A stretch of DNA of 62,729 bases, filler included, from Asterionella formosa (Eukaryota), in NCBI GenBank assembly GCA_002256025.1. It is 10 parts of 10 records of this genome, joined end to end, with 100 filler letters (N's around TTAATTAATTAA, not from the genome) between each part and the next. Parts side by side here need not be neighbours in the genome. Positions count along the whole stretch, not along the records: positions 3,229 to 28,103 come from NKIB01002125.1; 9 more parts are not named here. One strand, 5' to 3'. The position numbers were made by a program, and so were the translations under genes. This document shows positions 11,028 through 22,816 of this stretch, piece by piece. How positions within the stretch are numbered: the first letter of the stretch is position 1; every line of letters starts with the position of its first letter. The notes under the pieces are model-generated. The model was given only the letters and a program-made list of their open reading frames with translations. It was not told the DNA's origin and ran no database searches.

Positions 11028-13649
11028 CTAGTGGCAAAGAGACATTCCAATGTTCCGTGCATTGGAACTTGCACTGGCCACAGTCCAGAACCAGCGACGA
11101 AAGCTTGCATCAGTGGATGCATCGTAAAATCTAAATTTTTCACGAAGCTCTTGTATGTCTGAAGGACTTAAGGATGCCAACGCTGGGAAGTGCACCAGTT
11201 GTTGCTCGTGTGGGTCTGCATGGGAGGGTGCGAGCCGAGTGGTGAATCGCCGACACATTGAGTCACCTTCGTTCAGCATAAAAAACGAGGGACTGGGAAA
11301 TCTCGTCTTGGACCGCGCCTCCAGAAATGCCTTGCAATGTTGTCGGACAGCATCGTACTCCTGGCCAGTAGTATCTCGACCGGACCATACGAAAAGACTA
11401 TCGTGGTGGTCAGCCGCAATTATACAGTTATCCCAAAGGGCCAACGTGTCGGATGGGACAGCTTCGAGGGGAGGAAGTCCGGGTAAACCATCGACTCTAC
11501 AACTCCATAGCGAAGGAGCCATCATGCAGAGGCAGTCCTCAAGCGGGAGTCGAAGGAACAAAGAACGAAGTTCAGCGCGATCGTCAAAAGATCTCATGGG
11601 TCCTGGACTCACCATAGAACCACGGCGCAAATGGAAAAGTCTGTGTAATGCATCAGCCAATTCGGGAGGGAAAGCAAAATCCAACGCTGAACTGGCTGTC
11701 AACACAGGAGCATGACCCCCTTCTTCATCATCTAAAGAATCCCGACGACCATTTTTTCCTTCCACCAATCCTAAAATACGAAAGGCTCCAGAGATTCGAT
11801 GGATTGTATTGTCAAGATCACATTGGGCTTCAAATGCCAAAACTTCCATTCGGACTGGGTCCACCATCATAGTTTCGGTACCTTCTGCTTCTTCACGGCC
11901 AACGAGTGACCTGAACACAGTTTCCTTACCTAACACTACGGGAACTACACTTTCGTCCATACCAGCCAGAAAATCATGGACACTTTTCGCTACTGGAAGT
12001 CGATGTGTAATCACTCTAGTCACTAAAACTGTACCATCTTCCTCCAGATACCTTGCCGTACATTGAAATAGCGCATATTTGTGTGCGCTTAGCACAACAT
12101 CCTCATTCACTTGTAGCATAATTGACAATGTGGAGAGTGGATCGTATCGTCCCATGCGGAGTCGGGTCAGCGTTGATTCCACGACTTCAACCTTTGGTAA
12201 GTTATTCGTCATCATTCCATGCTTGGCCGCCAATGATGCACCGATGGCAAATGCCGATCGCTCATTGGGTAACAGGACTTGGGCTTGGTTGTAGATTATC
12301 TCTGTCGAACCCACGACATGCGTCGGATGGATAAATGATGACATGCGCAAATCAATCAAGCATTCACTCATTTGATTGAGTAACGAATCCATATCGACAG
12401 TCCTGGACATGTGAGTTTGTGTCATGACATGAGTTAAATTCGATTGAAACTGTGTTCCTTGATGAAAGGATTCATGCGGAAGGGCGTAGCCTCCACTCGG
12501 TTCCACCAGCGCTTGAAAGGCAGGCATGCCCAGGGCATGCAAACCTCCACAAAACACATCAACGCCTATCCCATTTTCCAAGGCATCCTTGCCAATCAAT
12601 GAAAAGTACGGAATAGCAATTCTCGTTTCGTTTTGATCCACGAAATCTGGTTTGTCAGGTCGGACAAGACTCCCATCTCCCATATTGGGACATCCATTGG
12701 TAAAGAGGAGTATCCGTGAGGTGCGCGAGGGTGCTCCAAAGTTGGCAATATCCATGGCAGCTTGCAATGCTTCGCCTGTGCATCGCATCTGTGCTGTCTT
12801 TGTTGGTGGTGCTATCCATGGGGACTCCGGTTTGTTGGAATCAGTATCGCCTCGTTGCCTGGCTAATTTCCTGCGTCGCAGCATCTCCTTCCTAGAGATT
12901 GACTGCGTTTTACCTTCACCAAAAATGGCTGCCATACAAAACCAAAACGTGGTCAGCATCTGGTCATCAGACAAATATGCCCGATTCTCTATTTGGCTTC
13001 GCCTCGCCATCAGCTCTTGATCCGTTTCGTCAACATTCGAAGGAAAAAGCACGTCAGCAGAGGCCATGCCAGTATGTCCAAGTTGATAGATCCGAATCGA
13101 TTCATCAAAAATAACCAACCCTATCCTCACTTGTGTCTTGCTGTCTAGTGATTTCAAAGTTGCCTGAAAGGCCTTACCAATGGCATTGGCTTCTACCGCT
13201 TCTAGATTTCCATCGACTACCAGTACAATGTTTAGCGTGCCTAGTTGTTCCGGTGCATTCGAAATGCTCTGCCGGTATTCGACGATGGGCGATACCATAA
13301 TACTTGATAAGTCATTGTAATAGTCAGTCCCGCTGGCATCAAACATTTCGTTCGGGGCGACATTGTCGGCTCCACATAGGGGACATGTCCACGCCTGCGT
13401 CGCGGCGTCAAAAGTAGCATACAAGCTCATGTAACTCAAGCATGTCAAGCATAGAATGGGCGGTATGTCCTTCACGACGGCTTTGCTGTCGTTGATGCCC
13501 ATGGGCGTCCAAACCATGCCGAATGGAAGCTCGCAAGAATGTTTCAGGCCGGGTCCTGACGGACATTTAGACGAGGTGAAAATGGCGCCATCGCCAGCAC
13601 GATCGCGGTAGCATGGATGCTCTTTGGGGTCTGTTGCCGCTGATGCCAT
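11028..13649 (-). CDS. Sec23/Sec24 family COPII coat-like protein
   Basis: LPFGMVWTP, zinc finger CxxC...W.CPLCGADN, vWA trunk (RCTGEAL..A, RILLFTNGCPN.GDG), gelsolin-like segment (DHHDSLFVWSG), EGDSM.RRF..RL.PS. Confidence 0.85.
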   Translation of the reverse strand: MASAATDPKEHPCYRDRAGDGAIFTSSKCPSGPGLKHSCELPFGMVWTPMGINDSKAVVKDIPPILCLTCLSYMSLYATFDAATQAWTCPLCGADNVAPNEMFDASGTDYYNDLSSIMVSPIVEYRQSISNAPEQLGTLNIVLVVDGNLEAVEANAIGKAFQATLKSLDSKTQVRIGLVIFDESIRIYQLGHTGMASADVLFPSNVDETDQELMARRSQIENRAYLSDDQMLTTFWFCMAAIFGEGKTQSISRKEMLRRRKLARQRGDTDSNKPESPWIAPPTKTAQMRCTGEALQAAMDIANFGAPSRTSRILLFTNGCPNMGDGSLVRPDKPDFVDQNETRIAIPYFSLIGKDALENGIGVDVFCGGLHALGMPAFQALVEPSGGYALPHESFHQGTQFQSNLTHVMTQTHMSRTVDMDSLLNQMSECLIDLRMSSFIHPTHVVGSTEIIYNQAQVLLPNERSAFAIGASLAAKHGMMTNNLPKVEVVESTLTRLRMGRYDPLSTLSIMLQVNEDVVLSAHKYALFQCTARYLEEDGTVLVTRVITHRLPVAKSVHDFLAGMDESVVPVVLGKETVFRSLVGREEAEGTETMMVDPVRMEVLAFEAQCDLDNTIHRISGAFRILGLVEGKNGRRDSLDDEEGGHAPVLTASSALDFAFPPELADALHRLFHLRRGSMVSPGPMRSFDDRAELRSLFLRLPLEDCLCMMAPSLWSCRVDGLPGLPPLEAVPSDTLALWDNCIIAADHHDSLFVWSGRDTTGQEYDAVRQHCKAFLEARSKTRFPSPSFFMLNEGDSMCRRFTTRLAPSHADPHEQQLVHFPALASLSPSDIQELREKFRFYDASTDASFRRWFWTVASASSNARNIGMSLCH

Positions 13650-14206
13650 GGTGATGCTATTGCTTATTCAACTAGACAACCAGTACCAGGTATTTCCCGG
13701 TGGTGGTACCTGGTACCTGGTAGTAGAGTAATGGTGTCTTGCGGACCCAGGCCGTCGCTGTTTTGTGCTGCATACGACATGTACCGGTAGTCATCGGCGG
13801 CAAGCAAAATGCAACCACAATCATACTACCAGGAGGTACCGTACCAGGTACCGGTAATATATTACTGTGGGGTACCTGGTACCATGTATTACCTGGTACT
13901 GTGGGTATTTATTTGACAGTCATTAAACTGGTGGGTACCAGGTACCTGGTACCAGGTAACTGTACACTACAGTATGTACCAGGAGGTGGCTACCGGTACC
14001 AGGTAGTCTACATAAATTAATTGGGAATGAATATGAATCACCACATTTTGTAAATTCATTTCAGAAAAGATATTTATCACTGTTGTTGACTGGAATACCG
14101 ATACCTGGTATCAGGTACACTTGGAGCACCAGGGAAGGCACTTTCTGATGATTGATTAAGAGCGCTTGAAGAAGTAGTAAAACTACACTAATTAGCTAAA
14201 TGAATT

Positions 14207-15829
14207 CTAGTCCTTCCAAACCAATGGAGTCATCAAAAATAACTTCTGCTCATCCGCAAACAATCTCCTAGCAAGTTTGGTGCCCAATGAAGCTGCTTTC
14301 TTGACTGGAACAGTACTAGAAAAAGTCATGTACAATTCAAAGTCTCGTCCATTCATGGCCAAAAAGAGCTCGCCGTCCAAGATGTAGCTTATACCACTTA
14401 CATTAGGTGGGGTTTCTGTAAGCCGCATCGCTGGACAACACCTCGATCCAATACCAGCGATATTTTCGTGGTCCTGCGGTGCAACATTGTCCAAGGCATC
14501 AACAGTTGCTTCCGTAGTGCATGTTCCAAGTCTCATGCGCAGACACAGCCGATGATAGTTAGTCCACACGTGCTGTTTCGACACTTCGTCGACAAAAGGA
14601 AACTCCGGTAAAGGCGCGCTGATGCATTGTGTCAATTTACCGCCTGATCTGATGGGAACATCCAAACGAAATACAAAGTGGATGGCCTTGGAATAATTGC
14701 TATATTCTTCCATTCTCGAAATCATGACTTTCTCGTCCAACGCCTTTCTTAGTTCTTTGAGTAATATACAATCCGCCTCTACTGGAATTTCGCTAAAAAT
14801 CTCCTCGCGTTCCGACGTGACATCATCGCCGTGACCAGAGATACTACCTGATCCCAGTGAGGTCAAACTGGCGTGATTTCGAGTCCAACCTGCATCATCA
14901 AAATGAGAGTCCCGTTGCGACTGTGTCCGTTCCATTATTCTCAAAATGCTCCCTCGCTCCTCCGGAATCTCCAATGCTCGTCGAATCAGATCAGATGCTC
15001 GTCGAAATTCTTCAAATTGTTCCATTGAATTAAGTTGGGAGATCAAAACAAGAGATAGCTTTTCATTCTCTGCTAAGCAGCTGGTATATACGTGAAGGAA
15101 ACCAGATGCATTGAATCTAGGAAGACAAACCGGAAACCATAGTTCACTCGTTAATAGTCCAGATTGGCTATTGACAAATCGGACAATGAGCCGAAGGTCC
15201 GAGGAAGTGAGCTGATGAGGGATGTAACTAGGTTGTATCATTGTCAAGATTTGATTCCCGACCAATAAAATGGCAAACACTGTATTAGGTGTCTTACTTC
15301 CGACAGTTTGCAACGCTTTGGAGCACGACTCTCGTAGTCTTGACGAAAACGGGCCTATGATTTTGGCGCCTCCTGTCAGATAGTTTGGTTGTGACTTTGT
15401 TGAAATATCGCACAAAATGCTTTGAAAGGCGCTGTCTCCAATATCAAGTTGATATCCCGGACATTGAGCAAAGACGTCTTGTATTCGGTTTGTCATTGTA
15501 AAAATAATGTGAGAGTAGAGATATTCTAGTTGGAGCTTGAGATGCGCTTCAGGTGTTCGAGTCGATGATATCGCTACCAGTGTCAAGCTCCCGACAGACA
15601 TGAAGACAATAGTTCTTATGTTAGTCTTGAGTGTTTGTATATCACCAAGATTCGCTTTTGGATCCATGACAGATGTGCGAATGGCTTGAAGCATACCACA
15701 CGCCTTCGCAAGGCTTTCTGCGTCGCCCGACGATGAAAAGATTGGTTTTCCGGCCTCTGACATGATGATTATTTGCGTCGGAGATTGCAGTGACGATGGT
15801 ATACAATTGTTACCAAAATCAATCTCCAT
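14207..15829 (-). CDS. MON1: vacuolar fusion protein Mon1/SAND
   Basis: IIMSEAGKPIFS..GD longin start, L..QL.YLY..I, L...DL.LI..FV, ELWFPVCLPRFNASGFLHVY. Confidence 0.9.
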   Translation of the reverse strand: MEIDFGNNCIPSSLQSPTQIIIMSEAGKPIFSSSGDAESLAKACGMLQAIRTSVMDPKANLGDIQTLKTNIRTIVFMSVGSLTLVAISSTRTPEAHLKLQLEYLYSHIIFTMTNRIQDVFAQCPGYQLDIGDSAFQSILCDISTKSQPNYLTGGAKIIGPFSSRLRESCSKALQTVGSKTPNTVFAILLVGNQILTMIQPSYIPHQLTSSDLRLIVRFVNSQSGLLTSELWFPVCLPRFNASGFLHVYTSCLAENEKLSLVLISQLNSMEQFEEFRRASDLIRRALEIPEERGSILRIMERTQSQRDSHFDDAGWTRNHASLTSLGSGSISGHGDDVTSEREEIFSEIPVEADCILLKELRKALDEKVMISRMEEYSNYSKAIHFVFRLDVPIRSGGKLTQCISAPLPEFPFVDEVSKQHVWTNYHRLCLRMRLGTCTTEATVDALDNVAPQDHENIAGIGSRCCPAMRLTETPPNVSGISYILDGELFLAMNGRDFELYMTFSSTVPVKKAASLGTKLARRLFADEQKLFLMTPLVWKD

Positions 15830-16307
15830 GGCTGCCTATCGAATTAGGAAAGAAGGGACCTTGATGAGCGAATCACCTGAAGTTGTAGATGAAAATGTAC
15901 TCACAATTATCACCCATTAATTCATTTACCGGTTAGACCGGGTAGCTACGGTAGTACAATAATGTCTTGTCCGAAATCCAAATCGGTATCAAGTCCCTTG
16001 AATCATATAGGTAGTACCACCTGGTACGAGGTATTCTACACGGTAATACTTGGGTCGCACATGGGAGCATTATTTAAGTATTAGCTACCAGGTACCAGGT
16101 ACTAGGTACTAGGTACGCCCGGTTGCTGCATGCTTCATTCTTTGCTCGTCACTCCAGAATCCATCATCCTTGCTTCTGGTGTGATAAAGAAAGTTCGAAA
16201 TTGAGTGGTAACCATTTCTTGGTCATCGATTGTCTATCTGGAGTCCACTTCCTTTGTCATTGCTACTACTGCTTACTGATTCCCTTTCCCTGTCATACTC
16301 CATCACC

Positions 16308-17426
16308 ATGATTGGACGGAGCATTGCAACTTCTCGTGCTGTTTCCGGACAGTTTCGCTTTTTCTCTCGCATTGTCGACTTGCGATCCGACACGGTGACG
16401 CAGCCATCGAAGGATATGCTGGCCTTTGCCATGTCGGCGCCTACTGGTGATGATGTTTTTGGTGAAGACCCTACTGTTTCGCTATTGCAGCAAACTTTGG
16501 CAATTCAATTCAACAAGGAAGCTGCGCTGTACTGTCCAACGGGCACCATGGCGAATTTAGTGGCTATTTTGGCACATTGTCACGGTCGTGCAAGTGAAAT
16601 TGTCATTGGAACGCAATCGCACTTGTGTTTATGGGAAGGCGGCAATGTCAGTAACATTGGTGGGGTCAGTACCAGGCAAGTCCACGAGTTAGAAAACGGA
16701 CAGCTTCCACCAGATCAAGTGAGAGATGTGTGGAGATTAGACAATGATGATCATTTGGCCAAAACGGAACTGGTATGCGTTGAAAACACGCAAAATATGA
16801 TGGGCGGAGTGGCCTTGCCAAAGAGCTACATCGATCATATGGGTGGCCTGTGTCAGGAACTTCATGTGAAGCTACACATCGATGGGGCTCGTATATTCAA
16901 CGCTGCTATTGCCTTACATGAATCCGTCGGATCCCTTTGTGCGGCCGCCGACACTGTAAGCATTTGCTTGTCCAAGGGATTGGGAGCACCTCTTGGAAGT
17001 GTACTAGTAGGTGACGCGGAAACGATTAGATTAGCTAAACGAGCCCGGAAGCGGCTGGGAGGAGGAATGCGTCAAGCAGGGGTTGTCGCCGCTATGGGCT
17101 TGTATGCTATCGAAAACAACGTCGAGAGATTGGCAGATGATCATACCAGAGCACAAAGAATAGCATCAGAGATGAAATCACATGGATTCATTATTCCAAG
17201 AGAGGGAAAGATTGATACAAATATAGTTTACTTTGGACTTCCTGAGAATTCATTGGTGACGAAGGGAGAACTCTGTCGGCGCCTCCTGGACGATCATGGA
17301 GTCAAAGTTACAGGCGGATATAGTCGAGGCGGCCAACTCTTTCGAATTTGTACACATTTAGATGTGAACGACGAAGATGTTGATAGAGTGACTGAAGCAA
17401 TTATCAAAGTTTGTGTTACAGGGTGA
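16308..17426 (+). CDS. low-specificity L-threonine aldolase (PLP-dependent) with probable mitochondrial transit peptide
   Basis: DLRSDTVT.P, GDDVFGEDPT, PTGTMAN, ENTQN..GG, HIDGARIFNA, SICLSKGLGAP.GS, GGGMRQAG; Arg/Ser-rich leader from ATG 16308. Confidence 0.93.
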   Translation: MIGRSIATSRAVSGQFRFFSRIVDLRSDTVTQPSKDMLAFAMSAPTGDDVFGEDPTVSLLQQTLAIQFNKEAALYCPTGTMANLVAILAHCHGRASEIVIGTQSHLCLWEGGNVSNIGGVSTRQVHELENGQLPPDQVRDVWRLDNDDHLAKTELVCVENTQNMMGGVALPKSYIDHMGGLCQELHVKLHIDGARIFNAAIALHESVGSLCAAADTVSICLSKGLGAPLGSVLVGDAETIRLAKRARKRLGGGMRQAGVVAAMGLYAIENNVERLADDHTRAQRIASEMKSHGFIIPREGKIDTNIVYFGLPENSLVTKGELCRRLLDDHGVKVTGGYSRGGQLFRICTHLDVNDEDVDRVTEAIIKVCVTG

Positions 17427-18123
17427 ATGGGAAAGCCGGATTCAAAACATTCCATTCGAGGTTAGCTCTTGTCACCTGTTCCAGAATTCTTTTTTCAGGC
17501 TTGTCCTTGTTCAATAGAGGAACATAATGACGGAATAATTGCTGCCTTGCGGTTTGCTTCCTATTGCCATTTTAACTCCTCCCCGTGTATTGCACAGAAA
17601 TTTGGATATTGAAAAGGATATCACAACAATGCTAGGTATGGCATCATGCTCGTCTTTCAATTGGACTCTTCCAGAGCCAAATGTGCCAACGAAGTTAATG
17701 CGGTTATCAAAGCGTGGAAATCACGTTAAGAATGAAATGAAAGGCAGCAGCCTCAACATCCCTTTGCCAATTGTTATTGGTGAGATGCAACCTTGTTGTG
17801 CGCGGTTGAGAGCGTTCAAAGCAAATTTGTTGTTATCGCTGCTCATCAAAGTCAAAAGCAATTTTGCACAAAGTACCACAAACTGTTTTCAGAACTATTC
17901 AGGAATATGAGGATGGGTGAGATTGATTTTTCTTACTGTGAATTCTTTGCAATGAAGGTGACAAGGGAATTTTTTTCTGGACTTCGTTTCCGCTAGAATG
18001 ACTTAAAAACTCATTGTATTAAACTCATTATTGATTCAAAAGACGACGAGCACACAAGTGGGATAAATTGTAAATATTGCTCAATTCCGTATCAATGTTG
18101 ACTAAATGAATTCAATTTGTTGT

Positions 18124-19860
18124 CTATTTTCTAGGAGTACTAGCACGATGCCGAAATACAAGGTCCATCAATGAATTCCCCATGATGTTTTTGGGGTCCC
18201 ATGCTGCCCTCAAGTCATTGAATTTGTCAACTGGATACTGTTCTCGCATGTGCTCTTGTAAATCGACAATACTAGGAATGGTGGCAGGCCTTTCCAACTT
18301 GGCCCAATGGCTCTTTGCATCTACTTCTTTGCCGACTGACCGCATCAAGTCACAATAAATGCCAGTAAACGTGTCTGTAATTTCTCGTCGCTGACGTTCG
18401 TCGTCTGAAGGAAGGTACATAATGATCCCCACCCAAGAATGCAAGGCTTCTGGAGTACCATGGGCCGGTGACATTAGAGAAGATGATGATGCAGACCACC
18501 TTTGTTCAATTGGTGAGTGAGCCGCGATGCCCTTTTCCTCAATACCTGCCAACAATTTTTCCATAAAGAGGATATCGTTGTCATTCTTCTCGTCGTATGT
18601 TCCTGTCGGAAAACAAACTTCCCAAACCCACTGCTGCCCTCCACAATCAAATTGCAGCAGCTGGTCTGATGGCTTTGTTTGATAGCCCGCAGACAGTTTC
18701 CAAAACTCGGCCTCGGCTGCATTAACGATCTTGATGTGCTCCACATTCAACGGATCAACTGCAAGTAGTGCGTCTCGTAACTCCCCAAAACCCATACCCC
18801 TTATCGATACTGGCGTAGCAGGATCGGTTGGGTGGTCTTTGCTGAATGAAACCAGTAAATCGCGCAATGGAGAAAACCTAGTCTCATCGCTTTGTTCCAT
18901 ATATTGTCGTGGTACATTCTTTACAACTTCCGCACCTTCCGGATCATTCGTAACGCACACAACCACATCTGTATAAGGAATCCACATGTACCGCATGTGC
19001 TTGTGTTGCTTGAGCAACATCGGCAGCTGTTCCTTGGCTTGTGCGCGTGTCAAGCAAAACGTGTGCTCTACCAATTTGTGTGCGGGAATGACCTTCATGG
19101 TGACATTGGCAACAACACCCAAGCACCCCAAACCCACCTTTGCCAAGTGAAAGCACTCTCCATCCTCCTCGGAGAGTGTCAACGTTCCCAGAGCCGGTGT
19201 AACAATGGTGAGGCGAGTCACATATTCATCCACCGGCGCTACCGCAGCTCCGGTCCCGTGCGCTCCGACACTGATAAATCCACCCATTTGCTGCTCAGCA
19301 ATAGATGCCAAGTTGGGGAGAGTCAGATTGTACTTTCGTAGCTCGTCAATAACTTGCGATACACGCGCTCCTGCTTGCACCGTGACAGTCATATTTTCCA
19401 TGTCCAGCTCCAACAATTGATCCATGCCTGCCATGGACACCATCCCTAAATTGGAAAAGGCGATTCCATTCGGACTCAGGGCCGACCCCAAAGGACGCAT
19501 GGGTTGATTGTGGCTATGACAGTGCTTGACCATGAGTTGTAACTCTTCAAGGGAATTGGGCTCAAAGAAATTTCGATCATGAACGGAAACAGCATGCGTG
19601 CCAGACCAATTCAATACAGTAGTCGAGTTATTCTGCAGCTCGAGTGATGTCGTCGACTCGTCCAGTGTGGATGATGAAGCGATCAAGGCAAGGCCAGCTG
19701 TGCCTAGCATTAGGGCGTGCAGGTTGTTGTATTTGGAATCATGATTCCAATTCTGTCTGACAGTTGCAACGGTTTCAATGGCAGGACTTTGCAGTGGGTG
19801 CCGGCTCTGATGGCGAGGAAGGTGCTGCAGAAGTCGTCTCGTGACACTTCGACACGCCAT
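18124..19860 (-). CDS. GLDH: L-galactono-1,4-lactone dehydrogenase (mitochondrial, ascorbate synthesis)
   Basis: NWSGTH, GSALSPNG, NLASIAEQQMGGF..VGAHGTGA, FDCGGQQWV.E, PIEQRW, SWVGIIMYLP, HWAKLE. Confidence 0.93.
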   Translation of the reverse strand: MACRSVTRRLLQHLPRHQSRHPLQSPAIETVATVRQNWNHDSKYNNLHALMLGTAGLALIASSSTLDESTTSLELQNNSTTVLNWSGTHAVSVHDRNFFEPNSLEELQLMVKHCHSHNQPMRPLGSALSPNGIAFSNLGMVSMAGMDQLLELDMENMTVTVQAGARVSQVIDELRKYNLTLPNLASIAEQQMGGFISVGAHGTGAAVAPVDEYVTRLTIVTPALGTLTLSEEDGECFHLAKVGLGCLGVVANVTMKVIPAHKLVEHTFCLTRAQAKEQLPMLLKQHKHMRYMWIPYTDVVVCVTNDPEGAEVVKNVPRQYMEQSDETRFSPLRDLLVSFSKDHPTDPATPVSIRGMGFGELRDALLAVDPLNVEHIKIVNAAEAEFWKLSAGYQTKPSDQLLQFDCGGQQWVWEVCFPTGTYDEKNDNDILFMEKLLAGIEEKGIAAHSPIEQRWSASSSSLMSPAHGTPEALHSWVGIIMYLPSDDERQRREITDTFTGIYCDLMRSVGKEVDAKSHWAKLERPATIPSIVDLQEHMREQYPVDKFNDLRAAWDPKNIMGNSLMDLVFRHRASTPRK

Positions 19861-20609
19861 CCTGGTGCTTTTATGAGGGATTTTTACCGGTACCAGTAGT
19901 TGAGTTACCTTAAAGACTGTCTTGACAAGGTAAGGCTATGCTGTGGAGGAGGCGGAGGCAGAGGCAGAGGGCTTGGTGACTTTATCACCTTACGACGATG
20001 AGCTAGAGATGTTGAAATGTGCGCTCGTTCTTGTTGTTTCACACATCATTCATCATGAAATACTCCGTACCGGGTAGTGAATCAGCTGTCCGTAGAATAC
20101 GTACTGGTACATACCTGTACAGTACTCATGATGAGAGGCAAATGACGGCGGCACATCATAAGAATCCTTCTCTGAGCGAGGATACGCACTTTGTTATACT
20201 TTTATTCAGTACTGAATAGTATATATTCATTTGTATTGTCTTGTTATCAAATCTTCTTCGACGAAAAAAATACCTTCCGCTCCGTTTTTTAATGTTTTCT
20301 CCATAGTCAATTCCGTCGTCCTGGCTGCACATGCAAGCAATCCTCGACTAGAATACACGATCACCGCTAATTATTTTGTAATTATTTTAGATATCATCCA
20401 CTGGCGATGCCTTTTCTTATGAAAATACGGTCGGTACAGATGGTATGAATTATACAACCAAATGTTACGTACTATGCAGACCAGTAGGTACATTACGAGG
20501 GGACCAGTAGTTATGATAAAACAAATGATACCTGGTACCAGGGTACCGCGAATACCAAACTTCTCAACATACCGGGTAAACTCCTCGCACAACCAAATTC
20601 ATACCCACC

Positions 20610-21430
20610 ATGATCACGACCCACCAACAGCGGCTTGTTCTTTTGTTATTCCTTTTTCCCTTGCTATGCTTGTCGAATCAAACGGTTACTCACTATCTAT
20701 GTAAAAACAATTCAGAATGCTTGAATGGTGGGTCTTGCGTTGAAGACAATCGCAACGGTGTTATTTACAGTGTACGTTCCAATCATAACGCAACCCTCGT
20801 ATCGTCGTCCTCGTTGGTTTCGTGATTGTTCCCTTCCATTCATTGATTTAATGACGCTCCATTATATGTTTATTAAACCCATGTACTCACCCAACACAAA
20901 AGGCATGCGACTGCACACCTCCCTGGGGTGGCAAGTACTGCGGTACCTCGTGTGCATTGGCCTGCCTTCACGACGGCGTATGCCAAGCCTCACTTGCAAT
21001 TGACCCCGGCGCATCTCCCTTTGTTTGCCGCTGTCGAGGAAACTTCCAAGGAGACTTATGCCAAACTCCTTATGTGACTTGTCCAGACCGGAGTCAGTGT
21101 TTGAATGGCGGAACGTGCGTTCTTGTCGACCCCCCGACGGGTACCTATGATTGCGCCTGTCCTGACAATACTTCGGGATATTCTTGTAATGTTGTCTCAA
21201 CTTCGGGTATCTTGGCAGGAGTAGAAAAAGATACGGGACTTTCTATTGGGGGGATTATTGGGGTTGTCATTGCTTCGTTTGTATTAGTTGTGGGCACCTA
21301 TATGTGCATTGCTTACCTCAACCGACGACGAGGATACAAACTAAGTGAAGATATGAGAAGGCAAACTAACGCTGCCTTTGAAATGGATGATTTGAGTTTC
21401 GGGCCTGATCATGAGGAAGAGATTCTTTAG
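20610..21430 (+). CDS. type I membrane protein with EGF-like repeats; exons 20610-20771 and 20903-21430
   Basis: Signal peptide, three CL(N/H)(G/D)G.C...C.C...G..C EGF motifs, TM helix (GIIGVVIASFVLVVGTYMCI) and basic stop-transfer. A 131-nt GTACGT...AAAG phase-0 intron joins the ORFs in frame. Confidence 0.8.
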
Positions 21431-22769
21431 GTTTTTTGACATTGCGATGGGGGTTATTTTGCCAGCAATGCAGGTTTTTTCATCAAATCATGCCGCCGAC
21501 TTGAGCAACTCTACAATCCCGATGTGATCCATGGCTGTCAAAAGCAATGCAGCTGCAGACATATATCGGCTAGCTTCAGTAAAATCATCGAAAACATGCG
21601 TCTTCTGCTTTACTCTAACATAACATGTATTAGTGTATTTTGCATAGCCAGCAATTTCCCTTTGTTGACTCAGGGGTTCGTGCCATTAAGAAGGAAAAAT
21701 CAAGGAAATGAACAGATGGCCCCAGTCCCCGACCCTACTTCGGGGGGAAAAGCTCGAAGCAAGGGAAGTTTTTATTAAGGAAAGAGCCAGAAAAAATCCG
21801 ACAGCTATATTCATGATATCCCAATTGCAATCTTCAAGATTTCTCAAGTGTTATACTAGTTGTACTGCAGCTCTGGAAGTAATCTAGATAGAGTCTACAA
21901 TGAAATTCGAGCTGCTGGAAACAGGGCTGAGCTACTAGCTACTAGTATGGAGATCCAAAATGGCAAGCCCTGTCTATGATATTCTCTAAATAGAGAAAAG
22001 ACATTTGCGGGCTGCAACATCCTCGACTCCTTTTGAGGTTGCAAAACAAGCAATCAGCAACGTATTGTCGCTGTTCTGGCGTTACATCCCTTTTCTTATG
22101 TCTATTGAATAACAAAGGGTCAATGAAAAAAGGGGGGGGGGGGCATTCCAGAGCAAACATTCCAATCAGGGCACAATTCTACAGAAAGCACTAGACTGCT
22201 TAGAAGATATATTTTGCAACCATTTGGTTAGGAATAATTTTGGAATGGCAGAGGCTGTTCTCCAGAGAATAAACGGAGCTTGCGCTTCATGATTGGCCAC
22301 ACCATAAAGTTTGGTTGCAACTACAGGTATACTGGAACAGAGAGAGTACCACACTGGGACTCATATTGGTACTCTGGGGTCACACCAATTTGGATTTGGA
22401 TATACATACAATATCTGCCTACTGGCACCAACTAGGTGTCAAAATTGTTAATATCAATCCAATCTATTTAACAATTTGGGAATCAAATAATCAGGGTATT
22501 TTAGGTTGCCACAAAAGATTTGCAATACTTTTGGGTTAGCACAATAGAGGTGCAGTGCTGGTGGTACGGAGTACTCCACTCCTTCTGTAAGGTAAGCGCA
22601 GTGTAGTGCATACTTACTTAGCTGGCGGGTTAGCACAATGGAGGTCGGTAGGTTTGGTACGTTGTGAAACATACAGTTCTAACCTGATGCAAGAAAATAC
22701 GATGATAGTAGCGTCGGACCAAGCAAAATGCAATCGCGGTTCGGAACTTTAGCTAGGGTTTGGATAATG

Positions 22770-22813
22770 GTTGAGGTGTGTTACCGCAACTCATTGCGGT
22801 AACACACCTCAAC
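22770..22813. repeat. perfect 20-bp-stem hairpin
   Basis: GTTGAGGTGTGTTACCGCAA-CTCA-TTGCGGTAACACACCTCAAC. Confidence 0.9.
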
Positions 22814-22816
22814 TAA

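Noticed and set aside
9151..19420. Many antisense or overlapping ORFs over eIF3e, Sec23-like, aldolase and GLDH
   Set aside because: Shadow frames of well-supported genes.
16308..19860. Threonine aldolase plus GLDH as a metabolic gene cluster
   Set aside because: Convergent housekeeping genes from unrelated pathways; nothing suggests co-regulation.
21723..21929. Possible small TIR element (CAGTCCC...CAGGGCTG)
   Set aside because: The inverted match is too short and there is no TSD.
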